Source: Takakia lepidozioides | Lineage: Eukaryota > Plantae > Bryophyta | Reading direction: 5' to 3' | DNA length: 64,000 nt | NCBI GenBank assembly: GCA_030704615.1 | Contig: CM060731.1 | Span: 7,068,001 to 7,132,000 of the forward strand | Part shown: in pieces, positions 1-15,117 of the stretch | How the letters are laid out: each line of letters begins with the position of its first letter | Numbering within the stretch: the stretch's first letter is position 1 | Program-made: the position numbers and the translations under genes | The notes under the pieces: generated by a model | What the model saw: only the letters and a program-made list of their open reading frames with translations | What the model was told of the DNA's origin: nothing | Database searches by the model: none

Positions 1-630
1 AGCTCTTCAGCTTCCCCTGAGTTTGAAAGATCCGATGTCAATTGGAAGCACATCAGGCCCACATCCTCGGCCAAGCTTTGCTTTCATAGATAGAATGTCT
101 TCAGTGCTTAGCTAGGGCCCATCGATACCTTCCACTTGTGCTCCTCTTTGGCTGTCCTTCCTCTCTCGCCACCCCCCATCGCCGGCCCTCTCATCTTCTC
201 TCATCTACTCTCTTTCGGTCTTGATACCATGAGCATATTCTTTCTGGATTAAAACCATATAATTTTCATGATATGCCAGTTTATTGGTAGGATCCCTCTC
301 GCTCTGAGAGAGAGGTTATTTTCAGGGGTCTGTTACGTACCTAGTAATGCGTTCACTGTTCGAGAGTTATCCAGCACGACAAATCGTGAGATCAGCCTTA
401 TGGCACCCTTCGGGCACTTAAAGGGTTTAATTTTTTCCCTTCAATAATCTTATCAATAAAAGCACTACCGGGGCCTCGCCCCCTGTTTGCCAAAAAAAAA
501 AGAAAAAAAAAGAAAAAGAAAAAAGCTGGTGACCAAAAAAAGAAGTTAGAAAAGAAAAAGAAAAAATGATGACCAGGTATTGCCATTTTGGTGACCCAAA
601 AAAAGAAAGTTAAAAAAGAAAAAGAAAAAA
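1..630 (+). mobile_element. 3' end of an L1-type LINE (ORF2 C-terminus, 3' UTR, A-rich tail); element continues left of the window
   Basis: WKHIRPTSSAKLCFHR* (43-93) matches WKHIKRGSKSKLIFLR* at the end of the L1 at ~41076-41126. Both 3' UTRs end in AAGGGTTTAATTTTTTCCC...AATAAA...GGGCCTC...CCC followed by poly(A), here from ~492. Confidence 0.75.
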
Positions 631-648
631 AGATGACCAGGTATTGCC
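528..648. repeat. ~62-bp tandem duplication in/after the A-rich tail
   Basis: GGTGACC(A)nGAAGTT...GATGACCAGGTATTGCC occurs twice in tandem. Confidence 0.8.
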
Positions 649-1609
649 TATTTTGTCATAGGGGAGGTGCCATTTGGAGGCCCTCCCCAAGTCTGAGGTG
701 ACTGGTGCCTAGGGCCACGTGACCGGAGCCATGGGGAAGGCCCAGGAATGGTGACGTAAAGAAATTGCCATTATTTTCTGGAAATATGCCACGTCATCGG
801 ATGACACCTCCCTTGGTCAGACGAACTTTCGGTTAAAGAAAACTAATGGCAAGCTCCTTACGTGTGCGAACAAAGAGAGAGTGAGTTGTAGCGAGGGTGA
901 TACAAGGTCTTGGAAGGAAGATGGTGACTGGCTTGCACCGGACTGGATCTCTTCTCACACTGGCGACAATGCATGTGCTGATTGCCTGGGGGGAGGCAAT
1001 GATTGATTCCCAGTCGAAGGTTTTAATTTCGATTGGGAGTTAGGATCAGAGTGACACTGATGCCGAAAGTGGAGGATCACGCATAGGTGGAGCTGCTGGC
1101 TCAATTTCTTCGCTGAACAGTTTTATTCTGTTTGGGTGAGGTTTCTGTCTGTTGTGATCGTCCCCAGTTATGAGTTTAGGATTGGCTGCTTCGTTCCATG
1201 TCAGCGTATTTTATCTAAGGGATTGATCAGTTGGCACAAGATTAAGCCATCTTTGAATCTGTTGCGTTCGATCCCACTGCCATTCTACTAGCATCATGTT
1301 TTTAATTTCCATAATAAATCCCGTACTGGCTGGAGAGCTAGAGTTGGATAAAATGAGCCACGGGTGTGCACATTGAATGCATGAAAGTTCACTGAGTGGA
1401 AAGGAACAGTCAGAGTAAGAACCAACGATTTTTATGAAGTGAGTGATACTTTGTTCTAATATATTGAATCTTTACCTGCTTCCAAGTCAAATAGACATCT
1501 TCCACCCGAACATTGTGTTATCTTAAGCTCATTCTGTCAGTGTTTAAGAAATTCTATGCCAACGGAGAGATCTGTGCATTCATTGTCAGCAACGAGGAGT
1601 TTTTTTTAC

Positions 1610-4600
1610 TTTTGGCAGGGTGGAACAGTACAGTTCTGGCCTGTTGTACTTGCTGACAAAGACACAGGCCAAATTATTGGTTGTAACTTGAAGCATTGAG
1701 TTTCCTCCATACCATCTGGACCTATTCTGTACAGTGCTGTGTTGTATGGCAGTTGGCCAGGGGGAACAAAATGGCTACATAACCACCTTATTCCTGGCCA
1801 TCTGGATAGATCATTCACACTACTGCCTGATTCAACACAGTCAGAAGTATTGGTTATAGAAAGGAATGCCACCTATAACTTTGGCTCTTGTCCATGGTTA
1901 AGAATTTCGGAAATTTAAGCATGGACATGAAAAATTTGTGGAATTCCTCAGGTCCTGCCAGGCTTGTGAACTGCAGGGCCTCAGATCAATCAATGTACAT
2001 CTACCACACACAGTCCCTGGATTTTACGTTATGATCAATTCCCCATGGAGTCCTGCAGAAATTGGTGCTCGTGGAAGCTGAATCTTAGGTGATTCACAGA
2101 ACAGCAAGTATGAGTGAGCCTGTTCACAGCTAGAAGCACATTGATATAGCACACAAAAGTTCTAGGGCTGGCAAAGCATTATTGTGATCCTAGAGTGTTG
2201 TGTGGCTTATACTGAATGTGACGTTCCACAATTCTGTCTCATCTCAAAGGCACACGTTATGACTCCCTGTTGCTCCTCCATGGTGCACAGGCATGTCCAT
2301 TTTCAGAATGAAGAGTGGCATAGCAAAGGTTGCATGCTGGACATCTCTGTGGAAATAGGGGACCATGTAAGTTATGTAATGGTTATGTTCTCACGACTTC
2401 TGCTTAGAGTTTCTTCTCTGTCTCTTCATACCTTACTCTTGCAGTCATACTGGCAGTAATCTGGGTATTAGTAATGTTTAGGCTCTCAACTGTTTATGCA
2501 AGTCTTTAGTTGCTAAAATCACTTCCCACCAGGCCTGGACGCAACCGCTGCAGAGTGGCTCCTATGCTTTCCATGTCCCAATGCACACATTTACTGGAAT
2601 AATTGGAATGGTTTGCATACATGGTCGGAATGAGAAACAGTGTGTGAAAAGCCTATGGAGACGTTTCTTTCTTGTTCAAGGTAATTTACATGGCCATTGT
2701 TATCTATGCCTCCTTGCTAAAGCTCATGTGGACCTATGCAAGCAGTCTCCTCTTTGGAACCATTGTGTCTGAGCACATCGCCCAAAGCCAGGATTTGATA
2801 GTCTAGGGAACACATCCAGACTGAGTGACTGGCCAGGATGGAATGGATATGACTGCAAGAATGGCTCCCATATTCAGGTGTTCTTGCAGTTTTGTAATGC
2901 AGATTTGATAATTCCTTCTCTTCCAGTATCGCATAACACCTGGACATGTTTCGCAAGTAGATATGGGAGTGAAACAGCTTGATGCCAGCGTGGCTGGAGA
3001 ATGCACAAGCCCAGAATATGCAGGTAATGTATTATTTAATGAAGGTTCCTGCTCATTCCTAAAGTTTTTAGTGTACTTGTTTTAAATGCTTTCCTCCATG
3101 AAACGGAACGTATCCTTGGTTGTACTACAATAGGTCAAGTTTATCTGAAAGGTTGGTCTTCAAGCCCTTTTGCTACCTCTTTTTCATGCTCCTGGCCTGC
3201 CATTAACTGTGGTATACATTTTGGTTAGAAAAAAAGACGAGATCAGTTGATAGGGTTCATGAGGTTGAGTGAGCAAATGGTCAAAATGTGGTACTGCAGT
3301 TAAAATGGAAGCTCCTTCTTCAAATACAGTTGACATCATGGACAAGGGCGGAGGCACAGTGCTCCTCACATTGTGGTCCCCTTACCTCCCAGCCAAAAAA
3401 ATGATGGTTTGCCCCTCACAGGCATTGTTGCCTGGAGGAATGTGCTCAATCAGAGGGTCCTCAGGTGAGCACCCTTCTTTTTGGTTGATAGGTAGAGCCT
3501 GGAGATCCTTGAAATCTCGCCAAGCTGGTTCACTGACGTGTCAGGACACAACCATATCTGTGCAATGGTGGGATTGGACAGCCAAAATAAAACATCCAAA
3601 TTACAGACTCAAAAGTTGTTGATAGCGGCCATGGAGTGCCTAAAAAATTTAGGACTACATGTCTAGTAATCTGATGTCATTGTTGTGCAATGCTGGGGCA
3701 ACTTAGGGTCAAAGTGATTTGACTGCTTGCTTTGTACTTTATGCATGCAAGGTTCTTTTAGTAAGCTTTTGGGTGAGCAGCCTGTGGTTGGTCTAAGTAC
3801 ATGCATTGTAAGGTCATCCATATGCATTGTTGCAGATGTGGGTTCCCTTACATGTAAAGCTCTTTGTTGGTTGGGCAATCATGAGGGTTCACCTTTGCAA
3901 ATGATCTATGCAGAGTCTCTTGCTGACCAAGACTTCATGGTCACAGCCAACAGTACAGTCTGGGGTTCGTTTTCTGATAGGGAAGACTTATCTGATGCCT
4001 CTGATGTTCAAGGGCGTACTGGAGGTTCCTGCTGGAAAGTGATTTCATATTCCGTCCATCTGCAAGCATGGCACCTACTCTGTATAATCTTTCTCTTCCC
4101 AATCCTCCAATCTTTTAGACCGATACTGACAAGCTTGGAGGCCATGGGTGGGGATACCAAAGTGACAACATGGTCCTCCATAACCAGCGATGCCCTCAAT
4201 GAAGCCTTGCCCTGGCAACTACGTGGCAGCTGTCCAAGCCCTGGCAGGAGCCTAAGGGGCCATTCTCCCCGATTGAAACGGGGGAGCAGTTTGATTCTTT
4301 CTGGCAAGTCATCTGTCCAGGATGCCTTGGATAGTGCAGACCGCCACCTTAGTGAACTTGTGGACTCCCCAGTGGAAGGTTCCTGTTTTTACTACAATTG
4401 CACTGCTCAATATCCCTCTCTAACTAAGTTGGTTCTGCCATCTGGCAGATGGAGCCGGGACAGTGCAGGTCGCCTCACTCGACATCTGAACCCTCAATGA
4501 GTTTTGTATTAGTGAATGCTGGAGGAGTGCCAATTGGTTCAGCATCTTTGGATGGTGAGGCGTTATGCACAGAGTGGTTCATTTGAATACATTTGCTTTA

Positions 4601-5410
4601 CCTTCCCCTGGTAAGACCTGCAATCTAAGATAAACCACTCACTAGGTATCACATGGTTGCACAGAAAACGTGGTGAAGGATGTGGCTTGAGATGCGGATA
4701 AGTAAAGGTTGACATGGCATAAACACATAAATCCCTTAATCTTAGTTTACCTTTCATATTCTCATGTACATACATGTTCCATTTGAATTGCCTCACATGA
4801 ACAACTGGCATCCTCTGCTGCTTTACACCCACACCCACACATGCAATTCCATAGGTGTACAATTGATCGAAGGGTTTTGTGGCAGTCTCCTCCTACAAGT
4901 GAGTGTGGATGGCAAGGAATATCCCTTACCTCTTCGTTAATGAGGCATGATGGCCCATGGGTATGTATCCAATTTGGTTCAAGGGTATGCGAGGCAGGGT
5001 GAGGAATCTGACCTGTTGATACTTTAAAGTCCCTGATCTGCAGCTTCTGTGACTATCCTGTGAAATAGCCGCCCTCAACCCTAGAGAAGTGTATGACAGC
5101 TGGGTTAGAGGGAGGAGTGAGAGGCTTCTCTCAGGTGTATGAGCAGCAACACACAAATCCGGGGCAAGTTTCCGGCTTCATAAAATACAAAAGGATCTGC
5201 TCCCCCTTGAACCACACAATGTTTGACCAACATATGTCGTGATGGATCCATGAGTTCTCAAGCGCCAGCTATAATACCAGACCTCTGATCAGCTCTGATT
5301 CCGGTGTCTCTATCAATTCTACTCCAACAAAGCTGGTAGATTAATTAGTGAGAGTCACTTCTCAAGTGATAGAGCTTGAGACATGCAATATGAGGAGGGT
5401 GCCTAATCAA
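1610..5410 (+). pseudogene. Heavily degenerate, apparently spliced coding remnant of unknown identity (possibly TE-derived)
   Basis: Codon-like blocks bounded by plausible AG/GT sites with many in-frame stops; a 257-aa open stretch at 3727-4500; no family recognised with confidence. Confidence 0.2.
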
Positions 5411-6037
5411 TTACGCTCTTTCAACAATACACCTTCTTGACTGCTACCATACGGTTTCACAATCTTCCTTCTTCCTTCTTCTTTGTCTGGAAGGACAATG
5501 GTATCCTTCTCCACATTGTGATCCTGAGAGCTCTTGCAGTGGGAATCCTGACTGCAGAAACTCACTCGAGAGGTCCTGCTTCGACTCGCTCCCTCCCTCC
5601 CTCTTCAACCTCCCCCCCCGGCTTGGAAGTTTGAACAGCTTAGGGTTTGTCATTTCGAACGCCAACCGACAGTTGCTGGTTGCCATTAGATCCTGGCGGG
5701 ATCCAATGGTGGTGGCGCTGCCGCCATTACCGCATTATCAAAGACCTCCGGGCGGGGCCAGGCTGGCCCGCCGGGCAGAACGGCGGGTGGCCCAATCACA
5801 GCCCCTGCCACCATGTGCTCCTCACAGACAGACACACTAGATAAAGAGAGGGAAGGAATTCTCGGTGCTCATCTTTCTTCGTGAGGGCGTCTTCGTAAAC
5901 GTCTTCCCGAAGTGTAGATTGGGTTTCCTTCGCCATCCTTGCCACTCATCTGCCTCTTGTTGTAAAGTGCAGGTTGTCAACCTTCTCGCATTGTTCGGTG
6001 GTGTAGGTCTGGAGTGTTTGTTGTGGTGATTCAGTGA

Positions 6038-7781
<1,744 letters not shown>

Positions 7782-8611
7782 GTACTGACAACTACTGGAA
7801 TGAGAATAAAATAATCTGGCATTTCTATACAATCATTCAATTCGAGTTGAATTGAACTGGATTCTGTATTCTTTCAATATCAGTACATCGTGTCCAAAGC
7901 TTGTATGCTGCAAACTAATGTCTCTTGTAACGTTGCTGGCCGAACTTGGAGCTTGACACTAAGCTAACCCTTGCATGGTTAATCTCTGAAGTTCAACTTG
8001 TTAGTCTTTAAAAAAAAACAGTACATCACAATTGTAAATCTGAATCCTTCTGAAATTGCATTGCACTCCGAACCTCGCAACATCTGAACATCACCTTTTC
8101 GTCGAAAAAACCTGGCACCGAAGCTAACATTGACATTGCAAAGTAGAGCAGGCTGTTTGGTCACAATGTCTCTAGACCTTTAGATATACCTGGGGGAAGT
8201 AGATTACTAGATTGTTACCCGAGATATACTTCGGGGAAATAGATTGTGAAGTACGATGGCTTCACTGATAGAACATTCATTCTCCCCCTCCACAAAGGAA
8301 ACTGGAGCATAGCTTCGAGAGTAGCATCCCTCTTTCATTGAAAAACATGAGGAAATGTAACATAACGGCACGGAATACTAGTGTCGCACGCTCATGGATG
8401 AGGTGCAAACCACATGGTTTGGATTTTCCCGATAAGCTAAATATGCGGGGCGGTTACTGTTTAGGTTCTAATAATGCCAACGGGGTTATGCAGAGCATTA
8501 GTGCTGTCGAGAGTGATGAGAGAGGGAGAGAGAAATAAAAGGGGCAGCGAGTCTGGTGTTTGTGAAGTGGTAGTTGAGGAGCGGAGAGGGAGGTGAGGGG
8601 GTGGGGCAGCG

Positions 8612-9850
8612 ATGGCGCAAGCAGCGATGCAGGCAAGGACGCTGGGCCCTGGAACGTTCGCGCTGCAATGGGGGCCTCTCTCCAGGCCTTCGGTGCGGGT
8701 ATCGGTGTCTTTGCAAGCACTGGGGCCTGTATCGTTGCGGAGCAGGCTGGAGTTGTCATGGGAGAGAGAGTCATGGGAGACAGAGGGAGGTAAGCGTGAG
8801 AGATTGGAGGGTTTCCGGAGCAGGCTGGAGTCGGCATGGGAGAGTGAGTCATGGGAGAGAGACGGAGGTAAGCGGGAGAGATTTGGCACATCAGGGGGGT
8901 TAGTGCGGGCGCTGTCCTTCGCAGTCGTTCGAGAGGAGGATGAGGCAGTGGTTGTAGAAGGTGGAGGTGATGGTGGGAATGGAGCGGGTGGATATGGGCG
9001 AGGAGGAGGTGGTGGTGGTGGAGGAGGAGGGGACAATGGGTGGGACCGATCTGACAGCGACGAGGCCCCTGGGGGTGAGGGTGAGGGTGGGGGTGGAGGA
9101 TTGCTTGGTGCATTCTTGCGGGGATGGCGAGCGAGAGTTAGGGCAGACCCGCAATTCTCCTTCAAGGTGCTCATGGAGACGGTGATAGGAGTGGGTGCTT
9201 GTGTGCTGGGAGACATGTCGACAAGGCCGAATTTCGGTCTGAATGAGCTGGATTTTGTCTTCTCCACCATTGTTGTGGGATCGATTCTAAACTTCACATT
9301 GATGTTCATGTTGGCACCCACGTCGGTCGCAGGCTCGGACTTGTCTCGCCTTCCAGGGGTGTTCGCCAGCTGTCCATCGGGGCACATGTTCGAGGCCGGG
9401 GCATACTCTGTCTTGGATCGCGCAGGCACATTTGTTTACAAAGGAGTGCAATTCGCGGCCGTAGGCTTCGCAGCGGGCCTGGTGGGCACTGCACTCTCCA
9501 ATCTCTTGTTAACTGTAAGGAAGAAGGTAGAACCCAACTTTGTGCTTCAGAATAAGCCTCCCCCGACGGTGTTGAATGCAGCGACTTGGGCAGTTCACAT
9601 GGGAGTAAGCAGCAACGCCCGCTACCAGACACTGAACGGTCTGGAATTTGCTTTGGCAAGCGTGTTGCAACCAGCAGCCTTCAAGACCGCAGTGTTTGTC
9701 CTTCGAGGACTTAATAATGTCTGTGGGGGTATGTCGTTTGTGATGTTGGCGCGATTGACAGGATCTCAAAAGTCGACCAAGACTGCTGGACCACTGCCTA
9801 AGGATGGCCCAGAGGAGGATCAACCGCTGCAGGCTGAACCCAGCAGCTAA
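8612..9850 (+). CDS. RETICULATA-related plastid envelope protein (DUF3411, RER2/RER3-like), single ORF
   Basis: Transit-peptide-like N-terminus, Gly-rich linker, then GWRARVRADPQFSFKVLME...RPNFGLNELDFVFST...SSNARYQTLNGLE, typical of RER2/3. Confidence 0.92.
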   Translation: MAQAAMQARTLGPGTFALQWGPLSRPSVRVSVSLQALGPVSLRSRLELSWERESWETEGGKRERLEGFRSRLESAWESESWERDGGKRERFGTSGGLVRALSFAVVREEDEAVVVEGGGDGGNGAGGYGRGGGGGGGGGGDNGWDRSDSDEAPGGEGEGGGGGLLGAFLRGWRARVRADPQFSFKVLMETVIGVGACVLGDMSTRPNFGLNELDFVFSTIVVGSILNFTLMFMLAPTSVAGSDLSRLPGVFASCPSGHMFEAGAYSVLDRAGTFVYKGVQFAAVGFAAGLVGTALSNLLLTVRKKVEPNFVLQNKPPPTVLNAATWAVHMGVSSNARYQTLNGLEFALASVLQPAAFKTAVFVLRGLNNVCGGMSFVMLARLTGSQKSTKTAGPLPKDGPEEDQPLQAEPSS

Positions 9851-11534
9851 TTGCAACAGAGGGAGAGCAGTCCAGCCTCCCATCCTGACTGACTTAGCCT
9901 GAGGACAGTCTTAATCTCTTTCTTTAACAGAGTTTACCATTTGAAATCTCACGGCTTGTAAATCTGCGCTGATGCCTTGTTGTAGCAAGTGCACAGGGCT
10001 CATCTCACAGGCCTGCAGCCTTTGGAGATTGCTCTATTGGGTGTGTTATGACGGATGGCAACCATTGATTCCCTTTGTAGTTGTTTTCCCATTCACTACA
10101 TGGTAGACTATCAGATGTCTTCCAGAACAGAGGGTTACTTACTAGTTTAAACTAGTATCATGAAGGGTAACATGCCCTTAAAGATATTCATTCCGGAATT
10201 TTGGAAGTAAATTTGCGGGTGCTTGCTTTTGCTCAATTCACTCCAGTTCATGTCTTTTTCCTTCTAAGCCCGAAAATGGACAATTGTGCCTCTGGCCCAG
10301 GTCTTTTTCCCCCCTGCACCCTCACCCTACCTTTCAGCAGATCCAAGCCTTCAATGAATTTGCTGTTGCAAGGAGCAGATGTTAACATATGCAAAGGGAC
10401 TTTCCTTATGTCAGACAGTAGTCATTCAGCAACACATACAACACAGACTGTGGGGACTTGCATGCAAGTTGCATCAGCCAAGGGTAAAGATCCATAAACT
10501 TGGAGATAACTAAGCTTTGTTATCCTCACCAAGACTCATCTCTGTGGCTGTAGCAAACTGATGTATCAGGCGGAATCAATCAGATGTTGAGTTCAAATTT
10601 TTGCAGATCTGCAATGGGACAACCAAACAGCCTTATGTTTCAGAAAGGTCAATGCTAGTATCCATCCACCCTTGCTCCCATTGGAGTAAACACCCTGCTA
10701 AGATCCTGCCCACCCAGGTACATCTGCAGTAACCTAAAAATTATCCAATTGGAGACTCTCATTACCATGCAGTGACATGAAACAAATGAAGGATGAAGGA
10801 TGAAGGAACCAAAAAAAAACCTAAGAGAATGCTGATCCTGGCTCACTAATGCAAGGTGCTGGCATATAATGGCTGCCATTTTCCACTGCAATTTTTTTTC
10901 AATGGCATCACATACAGAACTAACAACCACTGCTATGGAAAACAACTCTCAGTGTAAGTCCTGCAGAAAGGCCACAGCATAATAAAAATGATGGTGTCTG
11001 AAAAGCTGAGGCTTGAGGCATTTTGGCATCTTCCCGCGAGTTGACTCACAGAACAAACAGCAGAGAATACCCTTACCTAGTAGGGAATTCTGTGCCCACA
11101 ATTTTCTGTATCCCGACAGGCTCTCATTTGTTAGCTCCCTAGCTAAGTGATGGTTGTGTCTAATGAATTCATACCGATTTGGTCTTATATCCCTTTGAGC
11201 AAAGACAATCATTTTACATTTTTCATGCATCAGGATTGCCGTAGCAGCCCATTGCAAATGAACCCCAGCGCCTTCCCAGAAACACACACATAACAACAAG
11301 TCACCAATTTGACCGGAAGCACACAATATTGGATATTCTTTGTATATATTTCAACATTCAGGTAGAAGCCAGATCTTGTTCAACCGAATGTGGCATGCAG
11401 TTAAGAACGTTAAGAATTTCGTCAGCTGCTTCAGTTGATCTTCATACCACTGCATGAGTGCCTTGCTCTCCAGAAGCATTGCTGTGCCCCTGCCCAACTG
11501 CTGCCGCAGGTTATAACACCTCGCGCAGGTCGCC

Positions 11535-11681
11535 ATGGTGCCTGCTCCCAACCCTAATTCAAGGTTGGAGCCAGATCCGTTTCTGAACGAGCTCACCAAA
11601 TTGTACGAGCGCAAAAAGCAATCGGGCACCGTCTGGGTCACACTCAAGCGATGTATGTCTTCTTTTCCATTCCCCGCTGCT

Positions 11682-11722
<41 letters not shown>

Positions 11723-12339
11723 GTATGTGTGTTGGCTGTGGGACCGCATGGTCAGATTGCTACAGAGCATAACTTCGATTTCAGCACTGTTGCTCCCTCT
11801 ACCTCAATCCGATGTATAACGTCCATAGAGAGATCATGGACCATGCCTCATTTCTATAGCCGAAACTATCCTATACCTTTTTCTGGATGGCTGCTGCAGC
11901 AACGTTACAGCGACAGAAAAAGCGAAAGAGAACGGAGGAGGCCCGGGTGCAGGAGCTTGAACCCTCAGACTATCGCTGTCTGGTTCGTGCCACTGATGGC
12001 AAAAAGAAAATAAGTTGTTTGGTACGCTTGCAACCTCTCTCTGTCTCTTACACTCTTTCTCTTACTCCCTCCCTAAACGTGCAAAAACCTTTCAATCGGC
12101 TCTAGAGTGGTGTTGGAGTGTACTCTTGTAAGAATATGTGGTCGCAGATCATCTAATGTGAAAACTGTGTTGTGACGTCGAAAATTGTGCCTTGTGTGCA
12201 GTTGTCAGCTAAGGATCATCAGCGCTTCCAGATGGCGTATGCCACAGTGTTGAAGGCGCATATAGACTCTCTCAAGAAGAGGGAAAAGAAAGACAGAAAA
12301 GAGAAGAAGACCACTGCAGTTAAAGCTCCAGGATCATGA
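11535..12339 (+). CDS. SRP14: Signal recognition particle 14 kDa subunit; exons 11535-11652, 11900-12021, 12202-12339
   Basis: DPFLNELTKLYE...GTVWVTLKR, YRCLVRATDGKKKISC, RFQMAYATVLKAHIDSLKKREKK. GT-AG introns keep the frame. Confidence 0.93.
11685..11719. repeat. (GA)n microsatellite in SRP14 intron 1
   Basis: Pure GA run. Confidence 0.95.
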
Positions 12340-12802
12340 CCTAGACTCTTATTGTACTTGATATCTTTCACCATGTCTTTGTCACTTTCTTCTGTGAGAA
12401 AGTCATGGACTTTTAATGTCTATACGAAGACTACTTCCAGAGTCACTTGGTCCATCTGTTTCCAAGTCTGTTTTATGCCATTTGTAAATTGCAGAGTATG
12501 ATGTAGATAGAGAGTTTTGCTGGCTAGTCTTCCTGGCTAGCCGATGAAACCATCCCTGTAATCTGCAAGGATGGGAGCACAATCGCTGACTGGAGGAAGG
12601 CAGTCACTGACCATGCCCTTTGGCATTGCCTCTGAGGCATAAGTGAGGGCTTAGGCTCTGTGCAACCCTCCTGGAGCCAGTTTCAGTTACATTGAGGTAA
12701 GAATCCTGTATAGTGATCATCTAGGAAACACAAGTCTGCTTTCATCATTGCTACCATATCAAAGAGTTGACACAGATTGGCCCACAATGCAAAGGGAGAG
12801 AG

Positions 12803-13322
12803 TATGTACTCATGAGAAATTGTTTGCCGTAGCCTTGTGGCCATAGACCCCGCGCCCAGTTTGAGCGGAACAAGAGGTATCAGACACTATCTTTGTAAGG
12901 GCTCACTCCAGTAGTGGAACTTAACCTTGGTATAAACAATTGGTTTGGGCTTTCCTTCGGACAAGCATCAATCTGCTGTGTGTGAGCTGCCCATCAATTA
13001 GACCCCACAGGGCCAGGGCTTTAGGCTCAGCCTCGAGAGTTTGGAAGTTGGTGAACAGAGGTGCAGGGACTACGGTCTTGATGGTCCTGAAGATACCCCT
13101 GACTTTGTATCAGAAACTGGATATCGTCTTCAGGCCGCCCGCACAATGAGCATTGAATTTCCCTTTCCTTCTGCATCTGTTTGTTGTTCAAAGGTACTGA
13201 ATCTAAATTGCAGTCTAGTGGCTTAGGGCAGGTAGGCCTTTGGGATGAACCTGAAGGTCCTCACCCATGTCACAAACTGGAAACAATGTCAGGGAAGTTT
13301 TATGCCTAACTTCGTTCATGCC
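12803..13322 (-). mobile_element. 5'-truncated LINE 3' fragment, copy 1 (RTE-X/L2-like C-terminal CCHC region), bounded by GA repeats
   Basis: Homologous to 13351-13557 and 14294-15117 (shared TTTGCCGTAGCCTTGTGGCCATAGACCCCGCGCCCAGTTTG). Confidence 0.75.
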
Positions 13323-13350
<28 letters not shown>

Positions 13351-13355
<5 letters not shown>

Positions 13356-13555
13356 CTCATAAGACGTTGTTTGCCGTAGCCTTGTGGCCATTGACCCCGT
13401 GCCCAGTTTGAGCGGGAACAAAAGGGACAGAACCTACCTCTGTCAGGGGCTGACGTTGGTTAAGACTTACCTCCATATAAAGAATTAATCCGGGTTTTCC
13501 AGATATCCTCTAGAAATCCCTTCACACAAGCATCAATCTGCTGTGTGTGATTTGC

Positions 13556-13557
<2 letters not shown>
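13351..13557 (-). mobile_element. 5'-truncated LINE 3' fragment, copy 2, between (GA)n tracts 13323-13350 and 13558-13597
   Basis: Same 3' terminus as copies 1 and 3; microsatellite on both sides. Confidence 0.75.
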
Positions 13558-13592
<35 letters not shown>

Positions 13593-14293
13593 GAGATTGC
13601 ATGAAAGTTATGGGCAATTTCATGCCATATAATCTAGGTGTCATAATTCCCTTGTTGGTGAAGACTCACTGAAAACATGAGACTAGTGCATTCAGAGTTA
13701 CATGAGATCAATCAGGAGGTGCAATGGAAACCAAGGGCCAATGCCTGGATACCAGATGCTCCAGTATCATTCTAATCCTTCTCACTAATACATTCCCACT
13801 TCGTTTAGGTTTATGGTATAAAATCTCTGTTTTATGGAGCTCTGGAGACCATAATGGTTGTTCGATAATTGTCCAGTGCTTAAGAAACCACATGTGGCAC
13901 ATATGTACCAGTATCAGGTCATTATCTAAGGAATTGCTGAAGCTCATAGACATGAGTATGAAGGGTTGTAATTGATTGCTTTTGGCTCCCACGTGGAAGA
14001 AAACTACTAGATATCAAAGAGTTCCTCAAGTAGTGCATATGTACATAGTACCGTACATACTCCACTTCATAAAGTGCTCCTGTCATAGTTTTCCATTTTT
14101 AAATAACAGATAATTGTACAAGTGTTCTCCAAGTTGATTCATTGGGAATTTGTTGAATTGTAGCCACTTAACAAATTCCATGGACAGTTGAAATGTGATC
14201 TTTCTTTGTTGGGATCTTGTGTAGCATCAGCAAGATAAGTATACAGGTTGGTTTATGCACAGAGCAGCCACTATGGGTTCGGAAACGCAGAGA

Positions 14294-15117
14294 TTGCACT
14301 CATAAGACTTGGTTTGCTGTAGCCCTGTGGCCATAGACCCTGCGCCCAGTTTGGATGGAAACAGAGGGAGTAGACACTACCTTTGTGAGGGGTTCACTCC
14401 AGTAGTGGGACTGACCTCCATACAAACAATTAGTTCGGGCTTTCCAGATACCCTCTAGAAAGCCCTTCACACAAGCATCAATCTGCTGTGTGTGAAAAGT
14501 TAGACCCCTGTTGGGCCAGGGCCTTAGGCTCAGCCTCGAGATTTTGAAAGTTGGCGTACAGAGGTGTAGGAACCATGTTATTCCTGAAGAGGGTCACTCT
14601 CTGGTGAAAATACCGCGGACAATGTATCAGAAAATGGATTTTGTCTTCAGGTTGCCTGCACATCGGGCAAATACAATCTCCTTTTCCTCTCTGGATCTGT
14701 TTTCAAAGGTAGGCTCTCCGCCTTGAGTTTAAATTTCAGTCTAGTGCTGAGGGTAGGTAGGCCCTTCAGATCATCCTTAAGGTCCTCGCCCATGTATGAC
14801 TTGAAACAAGTTCAGGGAAGTTTTTATGCCTAAGTTCATTCACATTGGACAGTCTTTGGGCATCAGACATGACTTCGGACAACCCCCTTCAGGTCAGCTT
14901 CAGCCAGTTCAATTCTTCTGGACTAGTATTATCAAGATACTTGAAAATCTCTTCTTCCCTTTTCTGTCAAGTCTTAGCCTGTGTAACAGGATGGTCTTGC
15001 TTCCAAAAAGTAGTGTGGATTATCTTAGGGTATCTGGTATTAGGACATGCAATTTCAACTGACCCCACCATCTGACCGTGAATTCATCAGGTCAAGAGCT
15101 TAACAGAGGCCTGAAAT
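14294..15117 (-). mobile_element. 5'-truncated LINE 3' fragment, copy 3
   Basis: Encodes TRLKFKLKAESLPL...CICPMCRQPEDKIHFLIHCPRY, the CCHC finger at the end of non-LTR ORF2. Its 5' junction abuts (GA)n at 15119-15133. Confidence 0.8.

Noticed and set aside
3727-4500. 257-aa ORF as an intact gene
   Set aside because: Non-ATG start, no recognisable domain, and it lies among stop-riddled neighbouring frames.
8454-9429. Long antisense Pro/His-rich ORFs opposite RER, and antisense ORFs opposite tubulin and the PPR gene
   Set aside because: Shadow frames of GC-rich or repetitive coding sequence with no independent motifs.
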